A DNA stretch of 63,645 bases from Clostridiales bacterium DTU024 (GCA_001513425.1 LFTR01000169.1:12783-76427), one strand, 5' to 3'. Counted from the stretch's first letter, positions 54,521 to 63,645 are shown. Numbers and translations are program-made. The notes: generated by a model from the sequence alone, not told the origin.

Positions 54521-55480
54521 TCATTCGGCCGGCTTACTGTAAGCAGCATCAGCCTGCTGTTTCCTTCTGCGTTTCAAGCGTGCAAACCTCCGCTTCTTGA
54601 TCTTCACGCCAGGCAAGGCGAACGTGTGACCTTCATCGAACTTAACCGCGTCGGGCGGATTTTCAAGCAGTTCCAGGTTGTTGATGTAATTCATCCATTT
54701 GGCCAGCACTTGAGCATAAACCAAGCCGGCGCAGACGCGCTCATCGACGCATAACCCCAACGGTATGACCCGCGTGCGGTAGGGCTTACCCGCATTATCC
54801 AACTCCACCTTGCGCTCATTGCGGCCGATGGAGGCAAAGATGCTGGTCGTACCAAAGTTATAAATGTGGTGCCGCACCGCAGGCATGCCGATGGACGCCA
54901 TATTGGTCAGGAACAAGCCCGTGTGAAAAGGGCTGGCCTCGAGGATATAGCGCGGCAGCAGGCCGTACCGGTCCAGCAGGCGCCCCGCACCCACCATAAG
55001 ATTGGCAAACAGGGGTTTGCTCAGCAGGTTTGCCACCTTCATGGTGCTGTTGTCGGCATTCTCCTGCCGGCTGACAGCAATATCCTTTTCAATGCGTGCC
55101 GCCACATCAAAGATGGTGTCATGCGGATCAAATTTGGTCTTGACGGTGTTTTCCTCTACTGAACCGTCTGATGTGTTTTTGAGCACAGCGAAGGATACAG
55201 CAATTTCCTTGCGCGCGTAGATGCGTTTATTGGCGATGAAGCGGTTGACATGCGGCATCTCGGCGACGGAGCGCACGTAGGCGGCAATTATGATATCCAT
55301 GAAGGAAATCTTGTAGCCTTCGGCGTTTTTTGCGACGATATAACGTGCCAGTTTTTCGTAGTTGACTTCGTAGCCCAGCATCACCTGGGCATCGCAGCGC
55401 ATAGGCATCAAGTAGGGGGTTAGGGCAATGATGGGGTCGATCTCTTTTACCAGCCATCCATCGCCGCGCTTGCCAAACAT
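54521..55480 (-). CDS. Stand-alone 2-oxoacid dehydrogenase E2/CAT-fold acyltransferase-like protein with a variant active-site motif
   Basis: 319 aa, collinear with E2 catalytic domains. The DHRxxDG block reads DERVCAG. No lipoyl or E1/E3-binding domains. Basic C-terminal tail KIKKRRFARLKRRRK. Confidence 0.65.
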   Translation of the reverse strand: MFGKRGDGWLVKEIDPIIALTPYLMPMRCDAQVMLGYEVNYEKLARYIVAKNAEGYKISFMDIIIAAYVRSVAEMPHVNRFIANKRIYARKEIAVSFAVLKNTSDGSVEENTVKTKFDPHDTIFDVAARIEKDIAVSRQENADNSTMKVANLLSKPLFANLMVGAGRLLDRYGLLPRYILEASPFHTGLFLTNMASIGMPAVRHHIYNFGTTSIFASIGRNERKVELDNAGKPYRTRVIPLGLCVDERVCAGLVYAQVLAKWMNYINNLELLENPPDAVKFDEGHTFALPGVKIKKRRFARLKRRRKQQADAAYSKPAE

Positions 55481-55518
55481 ATTGTCACACCTTCCCGTCC
55501 GCTCCTGGCGGCCAAACG

Positions 55519-55553
55519 ATTATACTGTTACCTGCGAAATCTGTCAATTTCGC
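55519..55553 (-). promoter_or_regulatory. Consensus sigma-A promoter of the E2-like gene, with its -35 inside a 7-bp inverted repeat
   Basis: Minus strand: GCGAAAT-TGACAG-ATTTCGC contains TTGACA, then an exact 17-nt spacer, then TATAAT. Confidence 0.55.
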
Positions 55554-55568
55554 CACAAAGCGACAGGG

Positions 55569-55596
55569 TTGACACGAGTTCATGCTGTGTTAGAAT
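55569..55596 (+). promoter_or_regulatory. Near-consensus promoter of the aldo-keto reductase gene
   Basis: TTGACA, 16-nt spacer, TGtTAGAAT. Confidence 0.55.
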
Positions 55597-55632
55597 GAAA
55601 CAAAAAGCAGTAAGCAATAGGAGGGCAAGCGC

Positions 55633-56613
55633 ATGGAGTATGTAAAATTGGGCAATACCGGCATGGACATCTCGCCGGTATGTTTAGGCTGTATGAGCTT
55701 TGGCGAAGTGAAGCCGGATTTTCATCAATGGGTGCTCAACGAAAGGGATTCGCGGGAGATTATCAAACAAGCGCTTGACTTGGGCATTAATTTCTTTGAC
55801 ACCGCCAATGTGTACTCATACGGTACAAGCGAAGAATTTCTGGGCCGTGCCATCGGCGATTACGCCGCACGGGACGACGTTGTCATTGCCACAAAAGTGT
55901 TTTCCCGGATGCGCAAAACACCCAATGGCGCGGGACTGTCCCGCAAGACTATCCTCAGCGAAATTGACCACAGCCTTAGGCGCCTCAATATGGAGTATGT
56001 TGATCTGTATATCATCCACCGCTGGGACTACGACACACCCATTGAGGAGACGATGGAAGCGCTTCACGATGTAGTGAAGGCGGGGAAAGCACGCTATATC
56101 GGCGCGTCGGCCATGTACGCCTGGCAGTTCCAAAAGGCACAACACGTGGCTGAAATGCATGGCTGGACAAGGTTCATCTCCTTGCAGAACCATTATAACC
56201 TCATCTACCGGGAGGAAGAACGGGAGATGATGCCGCTGCTGAGGGATCAGAAAGTTGCCGCCACCCCTTACAGTCCTTTGGCTGCCGGGCGATTGAGCCG
56301 ACTGCCGCATCATAAAACCGCGCGCCTGGAAAGCGACCGGACCGCCATCAGCAAGTATGATGCCACGGCAGATGTTGACCGACCCATTATTGAACGCGTG
56401 GCACAGGTGGCCCAAAAACACGGCGTCAGCATGACAGGAGTCGCGCTGGCATGGCTGCTGCACCAGCCCCAGGTGACGTCGCCCGTCGTGGGCGTAACCA
56501 AACAATCGCACTTGAAAGACGCCGTTAATGCCGCAGACATCAATTTGACAAGTGAAGATCTGGCCTTTTTGGCTGCCCCGTATGTTCCCCACAAGATAGT
56601 GGGTGCGCTATAA
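55633..56613 (+). CDS. Aldo/keto reductase
   Basis: 326 aa, MEYVKLGNTGMDISPVCLGCMSFG...FFDTANVYS, typical AKR. SD GGAGGG. Confidence 0.92.
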   Translation: MEYVKLGNTGMDISPVCLGCMSFGEVKPDFHQWVLNERDSREIIKQALDLGINFFDTANVYSYGTSEEFLGRAIGDYAARDDVVIATKVFSRMRKTPNGAGLSRKTILSEIDHSLRRLNMEYVDLYIIHRWDYDTPIEETMEALHDVVKAGKARYIGASAMYAWQFQKAQHVAEMHGWTRFISLQNHYNLIYREEEREMMPLLRDQKVAATPYSPLAAGRLSRLPHHKTARLESDRTAISKYDATADVDRPIIERVAQVAQKHGVSMTGVALAWLLHQPQVTSPVVGVTKQSHLKDAVNAADINLTSEDLAFLAAPYVPHKIVGAL

Positions 56614-56628
56614 AGCATCGGGACAGGT

Positions 56629-56672
56629 CAGACAAAGCGCGGGCGGACCTCGTTTCCCCGCGCTTTTGTCTG
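56629..56672 (+). terminator. Terminator after the AKR gene
   Basis: CAGACAAAGCGCGGG-loop-CCCGCGCTTTTGTCTG. Confidence 0.6.
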
Positions 56673-56804
56673 CAAATCAAAACCACCGGCTAAGCCGGTG
56701 TTATGCACGAGGCCTTCAAGGCAATTTACTGGCAGCATCTGAAGACGCGCTGAATTATCCGGCAACCGCATCATTTTCTCAGGCCGCCGCTGAAGCGGCC
56801 TTTT

Positions 56805-57275
56805 TTACGCCTTCTCTGTCTTGCTGCCCGTAAACGGGTCAATGTACTCCTTGAATGATATTTGGTCCGCCATGATATCTTCTTGCGGCTGTTTCCGGAT
56901 ATATTCTGCAATTCGTTCCTTGTTTCTTCCTACCGTATCCACATAGTACCCCCGGCACCAGAAATGTCGGTTCCCATACTTGTACTTTAGATTGGCATGG
57001 CGGTCGAATATCATCAGTGAACTTTTCCCTTTTAGGTATCCCATAAATTGCGACACACTCAGGCTTGGCGGGATACTGACCAGCATATGGATGTGATCCG
57101 GGCACGCCTCTGCTTCGTATATCTCCGCTTGCTTCATTTCGCACAGCTGTCTCAATATTTTCCCTATGTCTGCCTTAATCTTTCCATAGATTACCTGCCG
57201 CCTGTATTTCGCTGAAAACACGATATGATATTTACAGTTCCATTTTGTGTGTGATAGACTTTTACTGTCATTCAT
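56805..57275 (-). CDS. tnpA: IS200/IS605-family Y1 transposase TnpA
   Basis: 156 aa with HTKWNCKYHIVF, PDHIHMLVSIPP (HUH motif) and the RGYYV catalytic Tyr region. Confidence 0.93.
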   Translation of the reverse strand: MNDSKSLSHTKWNCKYHIVFSAKYRRQVIYGKIKADIGKILRQLCEMKQAEIYEAEACPDHIHMLVSIPPSLSVSQFMGYLKGKSSLMIFDRHANLKYKYGNRHFWCRGYYVDTVGRNKERIAEYIRKQPQEDIMADQISFKEYIDPFTGSKTEKA

Positions 57276-57285
57276 CTACGATGAC

Positions 57286-57344
57286 AAACCTCCTTTGCTT
57301 TCTTTGCGGTTGCCAGACCGAATCGATTGTAGCAAAGGAGGTTT
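57286..57344 (-). promoter_or_regulatory. SD-sequestering hairpin in the tnpA 5' UTR
   Basis: Perfect 14-bp inverted repeat AAACCTCCTTTGCT (57286-57299) / AGCAAAGGAGGTTT (57331-57344). The proximal arm contains the AAGGAGG SD, 10 nt before the ATG. Confidence 0.7.
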
Positions 57345-57409
57345 CTGATAGCAAAAGCTTTTCTTTCCCACCAGCTCTGCCGGTGGATTTGTGGGCTAAA
57401 GCGCACATC

Positions 57410-57441
57410 AAAAAAGGCGCTGCACGCGCAGCGCCTAAAAA
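57410..57441 (-). terminator. Terminator after the 180-aa secreted-protein gene (also shields the IS from read-through)
   Basis: Minus strand: GGCGCUGC-GCGU-GCAGCGCC followed by UUUUUU. Confidence 0.7.
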
Positions 57442-57454
57442 ATGGAGTCAAGAA

Positions 57455-57997
57455 TTATTTGGCACTTTCTGCCGCTTTGGCGAGGGAGGCCAGGAAGCCG
57501 CCAACGTCCAGGGTGACAGTGGCTTTTACATCTTCGCCAGCGGGAACGGTGGTGTGATGGCCGTCGCCCTTGTCATAGGTTTCCATGCCCAGCACTTCTT
57601 CCACCGTCTTGCCCATGCAATAGGCTTCGAAAGCAGCAGCCTGCTCAAACCATTCACCCTTTTCGAGCGTGGAGGCTTTACGCATGCCATAGTCGTCTTT
57701 CAGTTCGACCTTGGAGCGGATTTCAGCGGTCACGTCAGCGGTGATCTCGCCCTTGGCATTGAAGGCAACCTTGGTCTGAGCGACATCGAACTTGATGGAC
57801 TTGATTTTGCCTTCGTCATCCAAAACCAGGGCGCATACGGTGCTGTCAACCTGGGCGGTACCATCTTTGTCCGCAGTGGCGGCCTTTGAGCTGCCGATGC
57901 CCGTTGAAATACCCAAACCATAGGTGTCCGCCAACGCAACGGCCGACATGGACAGCATGAGCGCGGCGACGAGAACGACTGAAACAAACTTCCTCAT
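57455..57997 (-). CDS. Secreted protein of unknown function (180 aa)
   Basis: Starts at MRKFVSVVLVAALMLSMSAVALA (signal peptide), SD GGAGGAA. The tracked ORF extends 63 codons upstream without support. Confidence 0.6.
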   Translation of the reverse strand: MRKFVSVVLVAALMLSMSAVALADTYGLGISTGIGSSKAATADKDGTAQVDSTVCALVLDDEGKIKSIKFDVAQTKVAFNAKGEITADVTAEIRSKVELKDDYGMRKASTLEKGEWFEQAAAFEAYCMGKTVEEVLGMETYDKGDGHHTTVPAGEDVKATVTLDVGGFLASLAKAAESAK

Positions 57998-58145
57998 GAA
58001 ACAGTTCCTCCGATTAGTATAATTCGGATTACTCCGTGTTTGTATTCTCTCATAGTTGGCAGTGGATGTAAACCGAAAACCCGTCAAGTTGACGAGATTT
58101 GTATCCTCCGGGCAGAATATGTCCCATACATAGTCCGAAACCACG

Positions 58146-58175
58146 TTGCGACCGGCGCGGACCTTATGGTATAGT
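58146..58175 (+). promoter_or_regulatory. Candidate promoter of the FNT gene
   Basis: TTGCGA, 18-nt spacer, TGgTATAGT. Confidence 0.35.
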
Positions 58176-58211
58176 GTTGCCATCAAAGAGCGTTGGTATC
58201 GGAGGGGCGAA

Positions 58212-58829
58212 ATGAAAGCATTTATTTATGCCATCGGTGCGGGTGCCCTGATCGGATGCGGCGGGTATGGCTATATCGCCGTAGCGGGAAGGGAAACAGG
58301 CGCTCTGCTTTTTGCGGTAGGCCTGTTTGCCGTCCTGATGCTCAATGTACCCCTCTATACCGGCCGCTGCGGCTATATGCTCTGCAAAGAGGGCAGCTCA
58401 CCCAAGGACCTCGCCATTGTTCTGGGCGGAAATTTCCTGGGAGCGCTGTTGGCGGGCCTGTGCGCGGCGCCCATGGATATGGCCGTCAAGGATATCGTAC
58501 TGATCGCGCAAAACAAGCTTTTGCAGTCCTTTTTCCAGACGATGCTGCGCGCCACCTTTTGCGGCGTGATGGTATTTGTGGCGGTGGAGGGGTGGAACAA
58601 GCTGGCCGGGGCGGAAAGGGCGCTGGGCGTTTTATTGGCGGTGCCTGTTTTCATCCTGGCGGGTTTTGAACACTGCGTGGCCGATGTGTTTTTTTTCGGC
58701 GCGGCACTGGGCGCGGGTGCACCACTGGAGGCAAAGATAGTTCCCTTTACCATTGCCGCTACGGCCGGCAATACGATCGGCGCCCTCCTGATGTGGGCAC
58801 TTAGCCCCAAGGATAAAGCAAACGCTTAA
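58212..58829 (+). CDS. Compact formate/nitrite transporter (FNT) family channel
   Basis: 205 aa from MKAFIYAIGAG (SD GGAGGGG). 6 TMs and the family motif GFEHCVADV. Confidence 0.8.
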   Translation: MKAFIYAIGAGALIGCGGYGYIAVAGRETGALLFAVGLFAVLMLNVPLYTGRCGYMLCKEGSSPKDLAIVLGGNFLGALLAGLCAAPMDMAVKDIVLIAQNKLLQSFFQTMLRATFCGVMVFVAVEGWNKLAGAERALGVLLAVPVFILAGFEHCVADVFFFGAALGAGAPLEAKIVPFTIAATAGNTIGALLMWALSPKDKANA

Positions 58830-58895
58830 GGCGCGGCGCCTTGCGGTATGATCATTTTGGCAGGCGCACTCCGATGCGCCTCAGGAGGCAAACGA

Positions 58896-59687
58896 GTGCA
58901 GTATCAAGGTAAACGGGTCGTCGTTAAGGTAGGAACATCCACCCTGGCGCATCCATCCGGCCGCGCCAATATCCGCGAAATGGAGAGACTGATCGCTGTA
59001 TTGGCGGATATGATGAATCAGGGCATTCAAGTCATTTTGGTAACCAGCGGCGCAATCGGCATCGGGGTGGGCAAGCTGGGGCTTAAGGAAAAACCGAAGG
59101 ACACGCCCGGCAAGCAGGCAGCCGCAACGGTTGGGCAGTGCGAGCTGATGTACATGTACGACAAGATGTTTTCGGAATACGGCCACAAGGTGGGGCAATT
59201 GCTCATCACCAAGCAGGACGTAGAGGACGCCGAGCGCCATAAGAACCTCTGCGCGACATTTGAAACACTGCTTAAATGGAACGTTATCCCCATCATCAAT
59301 GAAAACGATGCGGTGGCAGTAGAAGAGATCGTCTACGGCGACAACGACAGCCTGTCCGCTATTGTGGCGGGGCTGGTCTGCGCGCACTCCCTCATTATCT
59401 TGACGGACATTGACGGCCTCTACAATGCCAACCCCAAAACACACCCCGAAGCGGTACGTATCCCGGTGGTGGAAACCATTACGGATGATATCCGCCGCTT
59501 GGCGAAGGGACCAGGCAGCAGTCTGGGCACGGGCGGTATGGAAACAAAAGTCCGTGCGGCCGATATCGCCACTGCGGCGGGCGTCGAAACTTACGTTATC
59601 AATGGCACGCCTCCCGGCAACATCCATCGTTTGCTGGATGGCGAAGACATCGGAACACACTTTAAGGCGGTGCATCACCATGCTTAA
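58896..59687 (+). CDS. proB: Glutamate 5-kinase (short form, no PUA domain)
   Basis: GTG start 7 nt after GGAGG. VVVKVGTSTL and SGAIGIG motifs. 263 aa. Confidence 0.92.
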   Translation: MQYQGKRVVVKVGTSTLAHPSGRANIREMERLIAVLADMMNQGIQVILVTSGAIGIGVGKLGLKEKPKDTPGKQAAATVGQCELMYMYDKMFSEYGHKVGQLLITKQDVEDAERHKNLCATFETLLKWNVIPIINENDAVAVEEIVYGDNDSLSAIVAGLVCAHSLIILTDIDGLYNANPKTHPEAVRIPVVETITDDIRRLAKGPGSSLGTGGMETKVRAADIATAAGVETYVINGTPPGNIHRLLDGEDIGTHFKAVHHHA

Positions 59688-60918
59688 ATTGATCGGACAA
59701 AAGGCTTCAGACGCGTCCAGAAAGCTCTCGCTCTATGATAATGTCGCCAGGAGCCGGGCACTGCAGTTAATGGCCGCGGCGCTGGAAAAAGAAAGCGAGA
59801 AAATCCTCGAGGCCAACGCCCAGGACATGGCCGCGAGCCAAAAAGACGGCCTGCCCGACGCTTTTATGGATAGGCTGCTGCTTAATGAAAAGCGTGTCCG
59901 CGCAATGGCGGAAGGTCTGCGGAGCGTGGCCGAACTGCCTGATCCTCTGGATAAGCTCTTGTGGGAGACTACGCGCCCCAATGGCCTTTATATCAGGCGC
60001 GTCTCATCCCCCATGGGCGTTATTGCCGTCATTTTTGAAGCGCGGCCAAATGTTACGGCGGATTCTGCCGCGCTGAGCCTTAAGGCCGGCAGCGCCGTCA
60101 TTTTAAGGGGCGGCAAGGAAGCCATCCGCTCCAACATGGCAATTGTCGCGGCGCTCAGAAGCGCGCTGGCGCAGTCTGGTCTGCCGATGGACGCCGTACA
60201 GTTGGTGGAAGACGTCTCGCGCGCCAGTGCCCAGGCACTGATGACGCTCAAAGGGTATGTGGACCTGCTTATCCCGCGCGGCGGCGCGGGGCTTATCCGC
60301 TCCGCGGTGGAAAACGCCACCGTGCCCGTCCTGCAAACAGGCGAAGGCGTCTGCCATGTTTACGTGGACAAGGACGCTGATACCGACATGGCCGTCAATG
60401 TCATGCTGAACGCAAAAACGTCCCGTCCCAGCGTCTGCAACGCGGCGGAAGCACTTTTGGTGCACCGGGATATCGCGGAAAAAGCGCTGCCCCAATTGGC
60501 AAAAGCGCTGAGGGATGCAAACGTTATCTTGCACGGGGACGAGCGCGCCCGCGCGATTTTTGGCGACATGATGCCGGCGACTCAAGACGACTGGGGACAT
60601 GAGTTCCTTGATTTGATACTGGCCGTCAAAGTGGTGGACAGCCTGGAAGACGCCCTTGACCACATTGCCCGGTACGGCACCATGCACAGCGAAACGATTG
60701 TGACTGACAATAAAGAAACCGCGGCCGCATTCCTCAAGGTGGTGGATGCTGCCGCCGTTTACCACAACGCGTCCACGCGCTTCACCGACGGCGCAGAATT
60801 TGGGTTCGGAGCGGAAATCGGCATCTCTACCCAGAAGCTGCATGCGCGCGGTCCGGTGGGCTTAAACGAACTGACGACGTATAAATATGTAATTGAAGGA
60901 AATGGACAAGTGCGGTGA
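59680..60918 (+). CDS. proA: Gamma-glutamyl phosphate reductase
   Basis: 412 aa from MLKLIGQKA. Its ATG overlaps the proB end by 8 nt (ATGCTTAA). Aldehyde dehydrogenase fold with CNAAE. Confidence 0.94.
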   Translation: MLKLIGQKASDASRKLSLYDNVARSRALQLMAAALEKESEKILEANAQDMAASQKDGLPDAFMDRLLLNEKRVRAMAEGLRSVAELPDPLDKLLWETTRPNGLYIRRVSSPMGVIAVIFEARPNVTADSAALSLKAGSAVILRGGKEAIRSNMAIVAALRSALAQSGLPMDAVQLVEDVSRASAQALMTLKGYVDLLIPRGGAGLIRSAVENATVPVLQTGEGVCHVYVDKDADTDMAVNVMLNAKTSRPSVCNAAEALLVHRDIAEKALPQLAKALRDANVILHGDERARAIFGDMMPATQDDWGHEFLDLILAVKVVDSLEDALDHIARYGTMHSETIVTDNKETAAAFLKVVDAAAVYHNASTRFTDGAEFGFGAEIGISTQKLHARGPVGLNELTTYKYVIEGNGQVR

Positions 60919-61263
60919 TTACGGTATGAACGCGGATAATACAAAGGCAGAGTAGACGGCGTACACCGTGATCAGCAGGAAAACCAACATCGCCAACATG
61001 CCGCTGACGTAGGCCATAAGCGCCAGCCTCTCTCCCCGCGCGCCCATACTCGAGGCGCGCTTTTGCATATTGATCGTGAACAGCCCCATCATGATGCTGA
61101 GCGCCGGCAAAAGGAGAAGCACATATTTGGTATACCAGCCTGTGACATTGCCTTGGCTGTCCATGCTTGCGGGAAACCGTGCCGGCAAAAAAAACAGTGC
61201 GACCACAGCCACTGCCAGCGGCAGCAGCATGAGCAGGTACAGGCCTTTTTGCTTTCGCGTCAT
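60919..61263 (-). CDS. Small 3-4 TM membrane protein (DUF1648/SdpI-like N-terminal type)
   Basis: 114 aa. SD GGGGGAG. Its stop codon abuts the proA stop with no spacer. Confidence 0.5.
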   Translation of the reverse strand: MTRKQKGLYLLMLLPLAVAVVALFFLPARFPASMDSQGNVTGWYTKYVLLLLPALSIMMGLFTINMQKRASSMGARGERLALMAYVSGMLAMLVFLLITVYAVYSAFVLSAFIP

Positions 61264-61275
61264 GCTGTTCTCCCC

Positions 61276-61692
61276 CTATATGCTAAATACCGTAACCACT
61301 TGGATGTCCGCCACCTGCGCCACGGTATAGCGAATGGAACAGTATTTCTCCGCCAGGTCAACCGCGCGGAGGAAACCTTTGCTTTGTTCGGCGCCGAATA
61401 CCGTAAAAACAAGTGTTACTCTCACCAAATGGCGGGGGGCTTCTTCCCGGCGCACACCGCTGAGGGCGATTTGCGCGCGGTCGAAGCTGAGGCGCATCTT
61501 GTCGGCAATATCCACAAATGTAGAATAGAAGCACGCGCCTAAACCACCCAACAGCATTTCGTAAGGTGCCAGGCAATTTTCTTCCTTACCCACCTGGACA
61601 GTGGCGTTTTTTGCCTGCATTTCACCGCGAAATTCCCGCCCAAACGCCATATTGACTTTAGTTTCAGACAGTTGGTTTCCCTCCTTCACCAA
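61276..61692 (-). CDS. OsmC-family protein (peroxiredoxin-like)
   Basis: Has the GGLGACF...and...KYCSI Cys pair typical of OsmC/Ohr. Start ambiguous: the tracked TTG has no SD, while a strong AAGGAGGG sits 7 nt before an in-frame CTG (codon 8). Confidence 0.8.
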   Translation of the reverse strand: MVKEGNQLSETKVNMAFGREFRGEMQAKNATVQVGKEENCLAPYEMLLGGLGACFYSTFVDIADKMRLSFDRAQIALSGVRREEAPRHLVRVTLVFTVFGAEQSKGFLRAVDLAEKYCSIRYTVAQVADIQVVTVFSI

Positions 61693-61846
61693 ATGGATGC
61701 AAAAAGAGCCTTTGCGGCAGCGCGTTCGGTTTTTTTCTGTCGGAAGGCTGAGGACACGCGCAGCGCTTCTTGGTCACGGACATCATGCCCGTTCCTCCCG
61801 GAATAATGGCACATATTCGTGAAGTGTACACGGAAGTATATCGCGC

Positions 61847-61868
61847 AAAAAAAGGGCTGTCAAGCCCT
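61847..61868 (-). terminator. Terminator after yhbY
   Basis: Minus strand: AGGGCU-UGAC-AGCCCU followed by UUUUUUU. Confidence 0.7.
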
Positions 61869-61925
61869 GCCACAACCTATTGTGTTTCATGCGCATTTAA
61901 CAACTACATGTTGTGTTACCCGGGA

Positions 61926-62216
61926 TTACAGTTCGATCTTGGGTTTCTTGTCATTCCTGCGGTACAGTACAAATTTGCTGCCTATGATCTGCACAGGGGA
62001 CGCGCCAAGCCGTCCCGCCAAAATGTCAGCCGCCTCCCGTGCGCTGAGAGACGCGTTCTGCTGCACTTGTCCCTTGATGAGTTCCCTCGCCTGCAATGCA
62101 TCGTAGGCCTCCTTGACCGTGCCGTCCGTCACGCCTTCCTTGCCGACGTACAGGATGACAGGCAAAGTGTTTGCCATCGCCCGCAATTGGGCGCGTTGTT
62201 TGCTATTTAGGTCCAT
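61926..62216 (-). CDS. yhbY: YhbY-family (CRM domain) ribosome-assembly RNA-binding protein
   Basis: 96 aa, LNSKQRAQLRAMAN.L.PV..VGKEGVT. Position downstream of obg. Confidence 0.88.
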   Translation of the reverse strand: MDLNSKQRAQLRAMANTLPVILYVGKEGVTDGTVKEAYDALQARELIKGQVQQNASLSAREAADILAGRLGASPVQIIGSKFVLYRRNDKKPKIEL

Positions 62217-62242
62217 ACAAATCCTTCCCTTGTGTTTTTGTT

Positions 62243-63520
<1,278 letters not shown>

Positions 63521-63536
63521 TTAAACGGACAGAAGA

Positions 63537-63565
63537 AGTATACCATCAAAAGCAAAGGGATGTAA
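63537..63565 (-). promoter_or_regulatory. Candidate obg promoter
   Basis: Minus strand: TTACAT, 17-nt spacer, TGgTATACT. Confidence 0.35.
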
Positions 63566-63645
63566 ACTGAGCCGCACTTGCCTGATGGTGTCAAGATGTT
63601 GTAGGTTCAGCATGCGACGTTACCAAGGGAAAGTCCTTTGAGTGC

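Larger units (their letters stand above)
56684..57386 (-). mobile_element. IS200-type insertion sequence (IS200/IS605 family, tnpA only), ~0.7 kb; ends approximate
   Basis: Y1-transposase gene flanked by related subterminal hairpins: CACCGGC-TAA-GCCGGTG (56684-56700) and CCACCAGC-TCT-GCCGGTGG (57368-57386). GC content is visibly lower than the surroundings. Confidence 0.8.

Noticed and set aside
61664-61873. A small ORF upstream of and overlapping the OsmC start. Its inner version is MMSVTKKRCACPQPSDRKKPNALPQRLFLHPFGEGGKPTV, with GGGAGGA 6 nt upstream.
   Set aside because: It has a decent SD, but the sequence runs through the likely OsmC promoter/5' UTR and overlaps its start. There is no recognisable family, so it is best treated as unproven. 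Ribosome profiling could revive it.
63566-63645. A possible 3' end of a minus-strand CDS at the right edge (frame ending ...ALKGLSLGNVAC*).
   Set aside because: Only ~12 codons are visible and there is no recognisable similarity (not an L27 C-terminus). Too little sequence to call.

Overview
A 63.6-kb chromosomal window from a high-GC (roughly 55-60% by eye) Firmicutes/Clostridia-type genome. Supporting traits are strong GGAGG-type Shine-Dalgarno (SD) sites, frequent GTG/TTG starts, glgBCDA with a glgD subunit, rpsF-ssb-rpsR, ppdK and obg-yhbY. Coding density is about 90%. Main blocks, left to right: (1) a contiguous minus-strand translation operon, L7Ae-rpsL-rpsG-fusA-tuf-rpmG-secE-nusG-rplK-rplA. 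(2) Cell-envelope genes: a class A PBP, a NAGPA-like phosphodiester glycosidase and a 5x SH3b protein. (3) hemW, an esterase, and a long co-directional run: pdp, TlpA-like thioredoxin, NapH-like 4Fe-4S membrane protein, secreted protein, Zn-ribbon/repeat protein, acyltransferase_3, M29 aminopeptidase. (4) A PHP phosphoesterase and a CUT1-type sugar ABC operon. (5) tRNA-Val(CAC). (6) glgB-glgC-glgD-glgA. (7) rpsF-ssb-rpsR converging on dnaA, with a candidate oriC upstream of dnaA (DnaA boxes plus a ~30% GC stretch). (8) An MFS transporter, GNAT, a degenerate GuaA paralog and a CHAP/PG-binding hydrolase. (9) A candidate envelope lipid/glycan-modification locus: MFS-like::PlsC fusion, a 13-TM GT-C-like protein, a small ORF and GtrA. 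(10) ppdK, MATE, an E2/CAT-fold protein, an aldo-keto reductase, one IS200-type insertion, an FNT channel, proBA, OsmC, yhbY and obg. I found no CRISPR array, restriction-modification, toxin-antitoxin or other recognisable defence island. I also cannot point to a demonstrably novel multi-gene system. The most unusual items are hypotheses: the catalytically degenerate GuaA paralog, dnaA detached from rpmH and dnaN with a head-on rpsF operon, the MFS::acyltransferase/GT-C/GtrA locus, and the TlpA/NapH-like/secreted-protein module. All coordinates and motifs were read by hand from the sequence. No database search was run.
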